A DNA stretch of 30,464 bases from a virus. Its lineage: Duplodnaviria > Caudoviricetes. The position numbers and the translations under genes are program-made. Below are positions 1-9,133 of the stretch, in pieces. The notes below the pieces were generated by a model. The model had not been told where the DNA came from. It searched no databases and saw only the letters and a list, made by a program, of their open reading frames with translations. The DNA lies in IMG/VR virus record IMGVR_UViG_3300029179_000020, positions 1 through 30,464 of that record; one strand, 5' to 3'. Every line of letters starts with the position of its first letter. Position 1 is the stretch's first letter.

Positions 1-22
1 TGTGTGTGTGTGTGTGTGTGTG
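1..22. repeat. (TG)11 microsatellite at window start
   Basis: Read directly from the sequence. Confidence 0.95.
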
Positions 23-78
23 CCAGTTTAGAAAGTGTCACAGTGTTGGTAACGGGATAAAAGTTTTCTTGTTAAATT
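19..78 (+). promoter_or_regulatory. Imperfect palindrome TGTGCCAGTT-TAGA-AAGTGTCACA (19-42) plus extended -10 TGtTAAATT (70-78); second copy 489-548
   Basis: Palindrome with 2 mismatches, then a sigma70-type extended -10 about 30 nt before the ATG. Confidence 0.55.
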
Positions 79-106
79 GAAAGAGTAAAGATTAGGGATT
101 TCAACC

Positions 107-439
107 ATGACCGTAGCTAAAGCAGCAAAAGCGACATTAGAATTGGGTAGCCTGCAACTAGATTGCTACCAGAAGCCCGATGGCAACTATGCTTTTTCCA
201 TGAACCAGATGAAGGAAACATTAGGTATTTTTATAGGTAACTCAAGAGGCAAAAAGTACGCCAAACCCTTGATGGAAGCCAACTCTCATCAGGTACACAT
301 GGTAGCGATTGAGGGTAGTAATGCAAAAGCAAAACTTATCGATTTAAAGTTGTTTTCCGAGATTGTGGTAACTTATGCTCAGCTAGGAAATAAAGAATGC
401 ATGGCAGTTTGTTTTGCATCAGTTACGGAAGCAATATAG
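107..439 (+). CDS. Truncated paralog (N-terminal domain only) of the antirepressor-like protein at 577
   Basis: 110 aa nearly identical to residues 1-110 of 577..1377; TAG replaces GAG; followed by a terminator. Confidence 0.75.
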   Translation: MTVAKAAKATLELGSLQLDCYQKPDGNYAFSMNQMKETLGIFIGNSRGKKYAKPLMEANSHQVHMVAIEGSNAKAKLIDLKLFSEIVVTYAQLGNKECMAVCFASVTEAI

Positions 440-471
440 CGACATGTGGTAAACGTGTCGCTTTTTATTTT
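438..471 (+). terminator. AGCGAC-family intrinsic terminator
   Basis: AGCGACATGT-GGTAA-ACGTGTCGCT then TTTTATTTT. Confidence 0.8.
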
Positions 472-576
472 CTAGGCTTGTGTGTGTGTGTGCCAGTTTA
501 GAAAGTGTCACAGTGTTGGTAACGGGATAAAAGTTTTCTTGTTAAATTGAAAGAGTAAAGATTAGGGATTTCAACC

Positions 577-1377
577 ATGACCGTAGCTAAAGCAGCAAAA
601 GCGACATTAGAATTGGGTAGCCTGCAACTAGATTGCTACCAGAAGCCCGATGGCAACTATGCTTTTTCCATGAACCAGATGAAGGAAACATTAGGTATTT
701 TTATAGGTGACTCAACAGGCAAAAAGTACGCCAAACCCTTGATGGAAGCCAACTCTCATCAGGTGAATATGTTAGCGATTGAGGGTAGTAATGCAAAAGC
801 AAAACTTATCGATTTAAAGTTGTTTTCCGAGATTGTGGCTGCTTATGCTCAGCTAGGAAATAAAGAATGCATGGCAGTTTGTTTTGCATCAGTTACGGAA
901 GCACTAGAGCGACGCGCAGACAAAGCTTTTGATGTTGTACGCACGGAGAAAGAACGCAATGCTCGCTTTGAGCAACGTCGCGCTGGCATCATGGCTCGCA
1001 AGGGTTTTACTAACACGATTCAACTCTATATCTCTGAACATCCAGAGTTGTCTACAAACTATGTTCGCTTCATCTATAGCAACGTGAGTGACTGCATCAA
1101 CAGGCAACTCTTTGGTATGAAAGCCAAAGGATTGTGGAAACTAATTGATGCCAAAAAGGTGTCGCTAATGGATGAATGCGACATAAAAAATTCTGAGGCG
1201 CTGCGCGATTATTTCCCTGCGGATGTTCTGAAGGAAATTGAAAGTATCGAAAGCGCTGCCACGAGCTTGGTCTTTAACCGAGGCTATGAACCGTTCGCAG
1301 CCGTTAAGGAAACGTTGGATTTTCTTTGCTTGCCAACGTATGAGCTATACGAGATTGAAGAAATGATTGAAGTGTAG
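577..1377 (+). CDS. Phage antirepressor-like DNA-binding protein
   Basis: N-term LGSLQLDCYQKPDGNY pattern; C-term RxxGxxxRKxFTxxI...INRQLFGMKAK...LRDYF resembles antirepressor/DinD-like C-terminal domains (recognised by eye). Confidence 0.6.
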   Translation: MTVAKAAKATLELGSLQLDCYQKPDGNYAFSMNQMKETLGIFIGDSTGKKYAKPLMEANSHQVNMLAIEGSNAKAKLIDLKLFSEIVAAYAQLGNKECMAVCFASVTEALERRADKAFDVVRTEKERNARFEQRRAGIMARKGFTNTIQLYISEHPELSTNYVRFIYSNVSDCINRQLFGMKAKGLWKLIDAKKVSLMDECDIKNSEALRDYFPADVLKEIESIESAATSLVFNRGYEPFAAVKETLDFLCLPTYELYEIEEMIEV

Positions 1378-1379
1378 AC

Positions 1380-1408
1380 AAATAAAAAGCGACACTAAAC
1401 ATGTCGCT
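1380..1408. terminator. AGCGAC-family hairpin between convergent genes
   Basis: AGCGACACTAAACATGTCGCT (1388-1408) after an A-run; identical 21-mer at 9723-9743. Confidence 0.75.
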
Positions 1409-1420
1409 CCTTAAATCCAT

Positions 1421-2155
1421 TTATTTTTTACTATCGATTAACTTCAGTGCCTGCGCATGTGAGATCGACATGTCCGCATCTCCCGACCCTAGCTCTGCGT
1501 CAATCTTAAACCCTAGCTTTTGATAAAAACCAATCGCATCCTTGAGCGCCACAACCTTGACACCTTTTTTGTGCGCTGCCGTAGCAATTTTAAGAACCTC
1601 AACCACAGCTTGTGTGCCAGCACCTTTGACACCAGTACCTGCTAACGATTCAGGGCTTGCAACTAAATAATCAATCTCTGTTCCTTTTTTAGAGTGTGAG
1701 TACAATATGCCCGCGGCTGTCTCACCATTGGAGTCTTTTACCGTAGCTGCTATCTTGCTTGAATAGTTAGCATTTAGCTCACGCACCACGGCATCCCAAA
1801 CATCTGCGTTAAATAAGAGTTTATCTTTAGTTGCCTTGTCCTTTGCTACTTTCGCTAGCTTTCTGGCTTTAGCGGCGTTTTTTCTCGCAACATCTTTTGT
1901 TAAATCCTCAACGAGCCCGGGGCTCAGGCTAGAGACTGCGGATGTTTTAACGGGGGTAGCAGCAACGGGGGCGGGCTCACGGGCATCGGCACCCGATTTC
2001 TTTGAAACTGTTCTTTTAGGCAATGCTTTCGCGGCACCTGCAAGAGTTTCAAGCCCTTTAGCATTATTGTTTTGCGCATCAAATCGGCACTTGTAGCTCT
2101 TACGAATACAAGTATTGCCACATACGCGGCTTTTATCTGAACAGTTTTTTGTCAT
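1421..2155 (-). CDS. GNAT-family acetyltransferase with N-terminal four-Cys leader
   Basis: EIDYLVASP...GVKGAGT (acetyl-CoA motif A-like)...AIGFYQKLGF; leader KNCSDKSRVCGNTCIRKSYKCRFD. Confidence 0.75.
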   Translation of the reverse strand: MTKNCSDKSRVCGNTCIRKSYKCRFDAQNNNAKGLETLAGAAKALPKRTVSKKSGADAREPAPVAATPVKTSAVSSLSPGLVEDLTKDVARKNAAKARKLAKVAKDKATKDKLLFNADVWDAVVRELNANYSSKIAATVKDSNGETAAGILYSHSKKGTEIDYLVASPESLAGTGVKGAGTQAVVEVLKIATAAHKKGVKVVALKDAIGFYQKLGFKIDAELGSGDADMSISHAQALKLIDSKK

Positions 2156-2191
2156 AATGCTATCTGGGTGGATAACTTACTTTCAAACAAA

Positions 2192-2217
2192 AGCGACGCA
2201 TATGTAAACACGTCGCT
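2192..2217 (-). terminator. AGCGAC-family hairpin downstream of the capsid gene
   Basis: AGCGACG...CGTCGCT with an A-run on the left (U-run on the minus strand). Confidence 0.7.
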
Positions 2218-2257
2218 CTCTAATCTATTTAAGTAGCGTGTATGTGTGTGTCTTATT

Positions 2258-3232
2258 CTAGTTGCTTCCGTTTAAAATAAGTGCGGCAGCCCCAACGAGA
2301 CCAGAAGTTCCCAGCCCTACTGGACAAATCGATCTATAGGTCATGAGTTCGCCTTTGAAGCTACGGATATCAGCATCGAAACGCTCTTCGGTCGAAGCAA
2401 CACCGCCATTGAGCATGTAGCTGTAGAAAGCAGCAGGACGACCCATGTCAGCATCGGTAGCGGGCATGAAACCAGCTTCGATAGCGGTGGGTTGGTAGAA
2501 TAGGATGGAATTGCTATACATGGGTTCCAGAGCACCTGTTACGGTGTTGAGAACGCGGCGACGGCTGACGCGAACTTCTTCTACGTCAAAAATCGTAGCC
2601 AGAAGCTCAGGGGTCATGGCAGTTCCGCGAGCCATAAATTCACGTAATCTTTTGTTGCGCTTGAGGCTCAGGTAGTCTTTCTCAGAGAGAAGCAATCTGT
2701 TAGCTTTGATACCAACTTGGTTAGTAATAACGGTGTGGAGTGTATCAAACAGAATTTCAGGGTCAGAGGTTGCTTTGTTGAATTGGTCAGCAGCAGCGAC
2801 GCTAATAACGTTGCTAGCTTCGTAGTTAGCGGGGTTTTGAACTTCAGCAGCAACTTGAACTTCCCAAGACTGCATCATGCGAGCAGCAGCATTAACGACA
2901 GCTAAGCGACGTAAGTCTAATTTGCTGCTAGCGGTTTGAGCAATCTTGTCTTGCTCTTCAGTAACAGACCAACCAATAGCTTCTTGATGTAGAGCAAAGC
3001 TACGGGTAGTGTAGCCAACATCAACACGTTTGAAAGCAGCGCCAGGTGAGCGACGTAAGTCAGCAGAAGCGAAGGACTCTTTGCCGAATTGTAAAATCTG
3101 TCCAGCTAGCGAGTTAACGTTAACTAAAGGAGCGATATAAGATGCCACACCATCAGCATTCATGTAGCCGAGGCAAAATTCTGTCAGTATGGGATCGAAA
3201 TGGTGTAAAGAAGAAAGACTGCTCTGCATCAT
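2258..3232 (-). CDS. Major capsid protein
   Basis: 324 aa; N-term DPILTEFCLGY...PLVNV...G.I..FGKESF pattern of Mu-like/gpE-type capsids; AAAGTA box at 3278-3283. Confidence 0.85.
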   Translation of the reverse strand: MMQSSLSSLHHFDPILTEFCLGYMNADGVASYIAPLVNVNSLAGQILQFGKESFASADLRRSPGAAFKRVDVGYTTRSFALHQEAIGWSVTEEQDKIAQTASSKLDLRRLAVVNAAARMMQSWEVQVAAEVQNPANYEASNVISVAAADQFNKATSDPEILFDTLHTVITNQVGIKANRLLLSEKDYLSLKRNKRLREFMARGTAMTPELLATIFDVEEVRVSRRRVLNTVTGALEPMYSNSILFYQPTAIEAGFMPATDADMGRPAAFYSYMLNGGVASTEERFDADIRSFKGELMTYRSICPVGLGTSGLVGAAALILNGSN

Positions 3233-3300
3233 AGTAGTAATTTCAGTTGTAGGATTTCTAGAAAAACATTTACAATTTACTTTTGGTAAACGTCGCTAAA

Positions 3301-3346
3301 TTCAGTATTTCCACGGATGTGTTTTACGATAGGTGTAAGCCATAAT
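3301..3346 (+). promoter_or_regulatory. Palindromic-operator promoter (TTCAGTA-N4-CACGGATG-N21-CATAAT)
   Basis: Same architecture at 9449, 15922, 20556 and 25273(-). Confidence 0.7.
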
Positions 3347-3383
3347 ATAAGAACAAAGCAAAGAGCACACACACACACACACC

Positions 3384-3518
3384 ATGACACAACAACAAAT
3401 TAAACAAGCCATTATCTCCTGGGTAGCTCAGCTTTCTGAGGACAACACCCCTGAAGAAGAACAAAACATCACTGCCATCGTTGGCAACTTGCTCGCTCGC
3501 TTAAACAATAGCCTCTAA
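3384..3518 (+). CDS. Small hypothetical protein, 44 aa (MTQQQIKQAIISW...)
   Basis: Not in the ORF track; follows the promoter and a CA tract (3366-3382); ends at the AAGGAG RBS of the next gene. Confidence 0.7.
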   Translation: MTQQQIKQAIISWVAQLSEDNTPEEEQNITAIVGNLLARLNNSL

Positions 3519-3530
3519 GGAGATACTTAC

Positions 3531-4055
3531 ATGAAAACAGTTATTGCCGTAAGCGGAAAAGCACGTGTTGGTAAGACAACCTTTGCCAACTTAGCTCAAA
3601 CCATGGGATGTGACATAGTTGACATTAGCAAATTCCTAGCTCGTATGACAGTTGCGCGTTTGGAGATGGCGGGGCAGCTTGACTTAGACATTGTTGATGC
3701 CCGCAAAGATTGGATAGCTATTGATGCCCGCACTCTGCGCCAACATATCATTGACACTGGCAACGCCCTAGACCACATTATTCCTATGTGGGTTGTGTCG
3801 GAGATTCTAAGAAGTGATAAAGACACTATTGTTATTCCCTCTGTGAAAGACATGGGGCAGGTTGCCAGCATAAAGTTGTTGGCGGGTAAGCTCTTTAGAG
3901 TGAAAACCCTTGAGATTGTAAACTCACGTGTGCCACACGTTAGCGACGTGAGAACTCCATTTGCTTGCAACGTTGTGATTGATAACAATAGTAGTAAGCA
4001 CGAGTTTTATGACAAAATTATTGCTTATTTTCAAACACTTAAGGAGATTAGATAA
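3531..4055 (+). CDS. P-loop kinase, deoxynucleoside monophosphate kinase-like
   Basis: Walker A VIAVSGKARVGKTT; C-term VIDNNSS; RBS AAGGAG. Confidence 0.7.
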   Translation: MKTVIAVSGKARVGKTTFANLAQTMGCDIVDISKFLARMTVARLEMAGQLDLDIVDARKDWIAIDARTLRQHIIDTGNALDHIIPMWVVSEILRSDKDTIVIPSVKDMGQVASIKLLAGKLFRVKTLEIVNSRVPHVSDVRTPFACNVVIDNNSSKHEFYDKIIAYFQTLKEIR

Positions 4056-4057
4056 AT

Positions 4058-4699
4058 ATGCCGGTTCCTTCTGGTTACGTCAATGCTGCTGACTTACCTA
4101 TCATTGCTACGCCCGACAGTAATGATTACCTTATTGGTGTCGCAAACGTGGGTGGCACACCCAGCTTATTCCGCACGCAAACAGCCCCAGGTGGTAGCGG
4201 AGGTCTAGAGCGCAGAGCACACGAGACTACACCTGCTTTCAACACAACGACTGAGACCACGGGCTTTCAAAACTTTGTTGTCTCGGCTTTTATTGACAAC
4301 CATGCCCTAACAAGGTTTGTTGTCGCAAGTAGCTCTCCCATTCCAACACACGTTTGGGTTCAGTATAGTATGGCTTCAACAGGAACATTATCGTCTAATT
4401 TGAGCGGTAACTACAGCTATGCCGACAGCGGAGCTACGTCACCCTATAGACACTTTCATAACGGTAGTTCATCTAACGTGGGCATACTTTCCAACACTAG
4501 CGACACCTTATTTAATTATTGGGGCGCAGGTGGTTATGATGGCACAGGAGGCTGGACAGCTAGTTCTGATTTATATTTCTCAGTATTTGCAGACTCGGGT
4601 GTTCTTTATCTGGAAGTCGGCACAGGTGGTACGCTAGACCCGGGTGTTTTTCAAGCCTATGTCATGGCTGGATTCTTCAGTGACGGTGGTGAGACCTAA
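4058..4699 (+). CDS. Hypothetical protein, possibly virion/fiber-associated
   Basis: RBS AAGGAG; G/S/T-rich; N-term ADLP...DYLIGV resembles fiber attachment segments. Confidence 0.5.
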   Translation: MPVPSGYVNAADLPIIATPDSNDYLIGVANVGGTPSLFRTQTAPGGSGGLERRAHETTPAFNTTTETTGFQNFVVSAFIDNHALTRFVVASSSPIPTHVWVQYSMASTGTLSSNLSGNYSYADSGATSPYRHFHNGSSSNVGILSNTSDTLFNYWGAGGYDGTGGWTASSDLYFSVFADSGVLYLEVGTGGTLDPGVFQAYVMAGFFSDGGET

Positions 4700-5979
4700 G
4701 CTTCTGGCTCTTCCGTAGGTGTTTCACTCAATTCTGGCTCAGCGGGCGATTCCTCTAATTGGAGCGCCTCCTGAGCTTTTTCAATCTTGAATCCTAGCGC
4801 AGACTCTAGAACCGATTGTGGGACTTCGTATCCGAGTTGTGATAAGTCTTTGGCGTATTGCAACGCTTGCTCACCCGTTAGTTGTTGCTCCAAGTCACTG
4901 AAGTCAAAGCTTAAGGTAGGAACCTCTGCTTTCTCCCCGAAATTTAGCTCCACAAGCCACTTCACAAGAGTTTGATTCAGTAGCGTCACTATCTCGTCCG
5001 CTAATTGTTTAGCTCTACGAACCCTAACGCTGTCAGCAACTTGGTCGCGGCTTCTGCTACCGCCGTCGCCTGCACTCCCTACCGATTCTTCGCCGCACAT
5101 GAGCATAGAGATTTGCTTATCAACATAAGCCAGGATTTCTGAAAACACCTCTGCTTTACCGTCGCTGTTGAGCCAATCAACACTTACGCCTTCGGGAATT
5201 GTCATGGATGAGCGTTCGCCAAGGGACTGCATCGCTAGTTGTAAGTTGTCTATTTCTTCATCCTGCAAGCCTATAGGGTAGGTAGCGATTGCCGTGGGGT
5301 TAACGTGCTTGTCCGCATAAAGTCTCCAGTCCTTTAACTTCATGCTTCGCGCTTCCACCAGGTCAAGCAATTGTGCCCCCAAACCAGCACCATAGATATC
5401 TTGGTTATCGTGCGTCCAATATCGAAATAGTACGAGCGAACGAGGAACCACTGGCGTACCATCAATTTGGTCGTTTCTGTCGATTGCTCTGACCTCAAGC
5501 TCGTTCGTATCTTTTGTTAGACTAAAACCTATGCGACGTGCATCCCGAGGTATAAGATTGCTAACAATTGCCTGCCCCTCAACTAAGCGCCAGCTACATT
5601 CCGCAACTTCCATACCTGTAATAAGCGCTGTAGCAAGGTGTCGTACGACCGATTTTAGTCCGCGACTAGGTTCGCCACTAACGGTGCCGTTTTTGGTTAC
5701 GTTGTCGCCATTGCCAAGGTCGGCTAACACGTCTGTGACAAACTTATTAATTTTCTTCGTGCTGCCTTGCACAACCCAATCGCGCGACATTATTTCTGAC
5801 ACGAGCTTATCAAAACAAGCCAGCACCACGGGGTCAAGCAAAAGATCGCGGTAGATTTCACTAGCACGGGTTGCGGTCTTGCCTCTACGCTTGAGGATTT
5901 TATCGTTGCGAGAGATTAAACCTAGACGACTATACGCGGTAAATGGGCTTCTTGTCTCCGATAGTATTTTCCCTAACAT
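4696..5979 (-). CDS. Portal protein, Mu gp29-like (DUF935)
   Basis: 427 aa; DPVVLAC, IYGAGLG, WRLYADK, IPEGVSVDWL, DKQISMLMCGE, TLLNQTLVKWLVELNFG. Confidence 0.85.
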   Translation of the reverse strand: MLGKILSETRSPFTAYSRLGLISRNDKILKRRGKTATRASEIYRDLLLDPVVLACFDKLVSEIMSRDWVVQGSTKKINKFVTDVLADLGNGDNVTKNGTVSGEPSRGLKSVVRHLATALITGMEVAECSWRLVEGQAIVSNLIPRDARRIGFSLTKDTNELEVRAIDRNDQIDGTPVVPRSLVLFRYWTHDNQDIYGAGLGAQLLDLVEARSMKLKDWRLYADKHVNPTAIATYPIGLQDEEIDNLQLAMQSLGERSSMTIPEGVSVDWLNSDGKAEVFSEILAYVDKQISMLMCGEESVGSAGDGGSRSRDQVADSVRVRRAKQLADEIVTLLNQTLVKWLVELNFGEKAEVPTLSFDFSDLEQQLTGEQALQYAKDLSQLGYEVPQSVLESALGFKIEKAQEALQLEESPAEPELSETPTEEPEA

Positions 5980-6091
5980 ATAAAAGTTAAACCCTCTGAG
6001 TTTAATGTCTACATCATAAGTGTTGTCTTACTTTGCAGGCAAATTAAAATCGATTGCTCAAGGTGCAACCGAGAAAACCTGTTAGTATCTT

Positions 6092-8365
6092 CTAACTTTC
6101 CTCTAACTCTACGATGTTTCTACCGTTTTCAAAACGTTTGCTTTTGACTTTGAACTTAGTGCCCGCGTTAAATAGGATTTCACCTTCGTCAGCCTCGTTC
6201 TTGTAGTCATCCATGGGTTTGCCACCTGTGCCTTTGAGTTTAGGGGTAATGACAATCTCGACATCTCCCCCTGTCCAATTCCCTTTTAGCTTTCCTTCCA
6301 GGAAGTCAGATTGTGCCCCCACAGTAGTTGACATCAACCCTTTAGTTCTCCAATCCTTTCCTTCTGTGAATTGAGAAAGGAAAGCATCTGCACCATCACC
6401 CAGGTTCATTACTCTTCTTAATGTGGGGGGTACCTCTGGACGTGTTTCAAGGTCGTTATACTTCCCAGCCACAAGCCCCCAATCCGCAGAAGGAAGTTTG
6501 CTTATGCCCGCTACCATATCCTTTGCCATGGCTTTTATGTCGTTGTTGGTAACGGATGAAGGATTATAGAGCGCGCGATTAAGGTACTGAAACGCTGTCT
6601 CCTTCGCGTTAGCTCCTTTTAGTCCTTCTAAGGGGCTAATATACGCTGCTACTGCCGTGGCTTGGTTGTCGTCCATTCCTTTGGCTGCATTCTTTAATCT
6701 TGCAACTTTACGGTTATGATTATTCTTGCTAAATTGAACGCTATTTTCTAGGACGCTGTCGTAGTCTGACTCGTGCAGATAATTACCATCACTTTTAGGG
6801 TAAGTAAAATTCCCTACCTTCTTAGCTGGACTTGTGACACACTTAGAGCGGTTGAACACAATCATGTGTTTTTCTTCTGGCGTGTCCATCTCAGCCGTCA
6901 TAACCCCATCATAACCCAAGCTCATGGCTACAGCCGCGGGGTCTACCGTATCTACATTTGCCCTCTTAAGTTTATCCCTCAGCTTTTTATAGCTTTCAGC
7001 ATCCATGACTTTTGCATCGGTCTTAAGTCCCACTGCGAACACTGAACCATCCTTACCCGCGTACCATTCAGCTGTGCTTGCGGCTTCACTATTGTTAAAA
7101 CCTTTTGCAGCCGTAGCGACATAGTTACCATCACCATACACTCCTTTACCTACGAAATAATCATCGGCTGTAGCCTCTGCAAAGTTTTCTGCAATCCCAT
7201 CGCCCTCTTTAATACCCCTAAAACCGTAAATCTTGGTCTGTTTTGCAACATCATCCGCATTTCTTACGATTTGAGGTGCTTGCCTGTAGCTGGCGTATTC
7301 CGGTCTTGACATGAGCGCACCTACTGTCAACTCCTCGTCAAAACCTACGCCTGCTATAGAATTAAGACGTGATTTTAAAGCCTCGCCAGATATGTCACTT
7401 TCAATGATATCTCTGAGGTTCTGGTCAGTGTCCACGCTGACGAGAGCATCCAGGTGTTGCTTACTAGCTGAGGAGAGTTTGCTGTTGTTTTGTCTTGCTT
7501 GCTTACCTTTCTCTACATATTCCTTGTTCTGCTCGGCGTATATAGCTTGCACTTTTTTCTTAATGCCCTCTATCTTAGCCTCAGACGTTGTTTTCTCTTT
7601 TTCCGCAGCTTTTTTAATCTTTGCGGGAGAGGAAGAGCCTAGAATAAGTACATAATCATACTGGTCAGCTACATCTCCCTTGAGAGGTGTGTCCCCTGCT
7701 TGCGTCTCTAGTTCCAACTCTAAATTTAATTTTTTCAGAGGGTCTGTTTCCTCCTGCATCTTCTGCTTAAGTACCGCACTCTTGTAGTACTGTGCCGCAA
7801 TCTCTTTTACGATTCCTGTGGAGCGAGCTTCATATTGGGCTTTATCTAAACCACTGGAGTCTCCACTACTTAACAAATCCGCCGCCACTAATCTCTTAGC
7901 GTTTGCCTCTTCCGTTATCTTCTCTAAGTGCTTTTTAACTTCTTCAACACCTCCCTTTGCTTGAATATCTTCTAAGTTTTTAATGTAGTTTTCTCGTGCA
8001 GCCTTTACTTTAGCCATCTCAGGCTCTAGCTGTTGAAGTAAGGCTTCTTCTTTTTTCGCTGCTGCCTTCGTTGGGGGGTAAGTATTGCTAACACGGAACA
8101 GGTCTTTGATTAGGGCTGTGTTACCTGTACGCAAGGCTGTAAAAGCTCTTGCTGTGTCTTCCGCAGACTTGTCGATATCTACTGTGCTATCAGGTGCTTT
8201 AGCCGCAGGTGCTTTAGCCGCTTTTGCCTTAGTTTTCTTAGCAGCAGTTGCAAGCGTTGTTAGTCCTGCATTAGAGGTAGCGGGTGGGTCAAAGCGACAT
8301 TTATAGGATTTTTTAATACAAGTGTCACCGCATACGCGGGATTTTTCTGAACAATTCTTAGCCAT
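6092..8365 (-). CDS. Large protein: four-Cys leader, helical region and two ADP-ribosyltransferase-like domains
   Basis: C-terminal R-S-E ART (LNRAL, TLRR, GLMSTT, DEGEILF..GTKFKV); middle domain FRG...GVYGDGNY...AEWYA...GYDGV...MIVFN is a PARP-like ART pattern; ATG 8365 preferred by match to the GNAT leader. Confidence 0.75.
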   Translation of the reverse strand: MAKNCSEKSRVCGDTCIKKSYKCRFDPPATSNAGLTTLATAAKKTKAKAAKAPAAKAPDSTVDIDKSAEDTARAFTALRTGNTALIKDLFRVSNTYPPTKAAAKKEEALLQQLEPEMAKVKAARENYIKNLEDIQAKGGVEEVKKHLEKITEEANAKRLVAADLLSSGDSSGLDKAQYEARSTGIVKEIAAQYYKSAVLKQKMQEETDPLKKLNLELELETQAGDTPLKGDVADQYDYVLILGSSSPAKIKKAAEKEKTTSEAKIEGIKKKVQAIYAEQNKEYVEKGKQARQNNSKLSSASKQHLDALVSVDTDQNLRDIIESDISGEALKSRLNSIAGVGFDEELTVGALMSRPEYASYRQAPQIVRNADDVAKQTKIYGFRGIKEGDGIAENFAEATADDYFVGKGVYGDGNYVATAAKGFNNSEAASTAEWYAGKDGSVFAVGLKTDAKVMDAESYKKLRDKLKRANVDTVDPAAVAMSLGYDGVMTAEMDTPEEKHMIVFNRSKCVTSPAKKVGNFTYPKSDGNYLHESDYDSVLENSVQFSKNNHNRKVARLKNAAKGMDDNQATAVAAYISPLEGLKGANAKETAFQYLNRALYNPSSVTNNDIKAMAKDMVAGISKLPSADWGLVAGKYNDLETRPEVPPTLRRVMNLGDGADAFLSQFTEGKDWRTKGLMSTTVGAQSDFLEGKLKGNWTGGDVEIVITPKLKGTGGKPMDDYKNEADEGEILFNAGTKFKVKSKRFENGRNIVELEES

Positions 8366-8408
8366 GGTCACGTAAAAAAGCTTCTGTAGTACTTTCTGGA
8401 TAAAACAA

Positions 8409-8438
8409 AGCGACGCTTGCGGTTAGGCTTGCGTCGCT
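8409..8438. terminator. AGCGAC-family hairpin
   Basis: AGCGACGC...GCGTCGCT between 8465-9133 and the ART gene promoter. Confidence 0.65.
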
Positions 8439-8464
8439 AAAGTTTTATTTAATTAAGCAAAGCA

Positions 8465-9133
8465 CTAGATAGCGCGACCGATGCGGAGTTCAACCGCTAG
8501 CCATTCGCCAGCGCCAACAACAGCTTCCATAGCGTAACCAATTAAGGTTTGAGTAGAGGCAGAGCGAGGTACAACACGACCCGTAGCAGCTTCGACCGTT
8601 AGAGCAGCGCCAACAGCAATAGCAGCGCCGGACTCCATACGTACGCGACCTTCGAGAGCAATTGTTCTATCATAGGCGTATTCTGGACGATATCGGTCTT
8701 GCAAAGGCAAGCGAGAGATATTGCCGTATTGGTAAGAATAGTCAGGGCGGAGTTCAGCACCTACGTAAAACACGTTAGCAGCTTCGCCAGCGGTTAAGGT
8801 AACGGCAGCAGGGGTGAAAGCAGTCTTAACTTGGTAAATACCAGCTTGTCCACCAGCGTTAACGGCTTGAGGAGCGGTCAAGGTGAAACGAGCACCAACA
8901 GCATAAGCCTGAACAGCAATCGCAGCAACGGAAGGAATTGCGGCGCGAACGGCGGGGTCTTCAGAGCGCATAAGTGTAACACCGTAGATAGCATCGGTGT
9001 TAGCAGCGGGCAGAGTACCTAAGAACGTGATAGCGCGTCCACTAGGGAGGGTAGGGCTTACGTTGCTTACGGTACGAGTTGCTTCGGGGGCAACAATATC
9101 GAGTACGAGGTATCTGCTTTCGTTAATAGCCAA
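8465..9133 (-). CDS. Capsid decoration/cement protein (DUF2190-like) with an internal insertion
   Basis: Ala-rich; C-term GAAIAVGAALT...G.V...IGYAMEA.GAGEWLAVEL; TTG start; AAAGTA box at 9170-9175. Confidence 0.65.
   Translation of the reverse strand: MAINESRYLVLDIVAPEATRTVSNVSPTLPSGRAITFLGTLPAANTDAIYGVTLMRSEDPAVRAAIPSVAAIAVQAYAVGARFTLTAPQAVNAGGQAGIYQVKTAFTPAAVTLTAGEAANVFYVGAELRPDYSYQYGNISRLPLQDRYRPEYAYDRTIALEGRVRMESGAAIAVGAALTVEAATGRVVPRSASTQTLIGYAMEAVVGAGEWLAVELRIGRAI

Larger units (their letters stand above)
9..913 (+). repeat. Tandem direct duplication, 9-443 vs 479-913 (offset 470)
   Basis: Copies align without gaps with 11 mismatches by eye; covers TG tract, promoter and the 5' part of the CDS; ends at AGCGAC. 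Confidence 0.95.

Noticed and set aside
107-913. Diversity-generating retroelement TR/VR pair
   Set aside because: Mismatches are not adenine-specific (G/C, C/T, G/T occur) and no reverse transcriptase is in the window.
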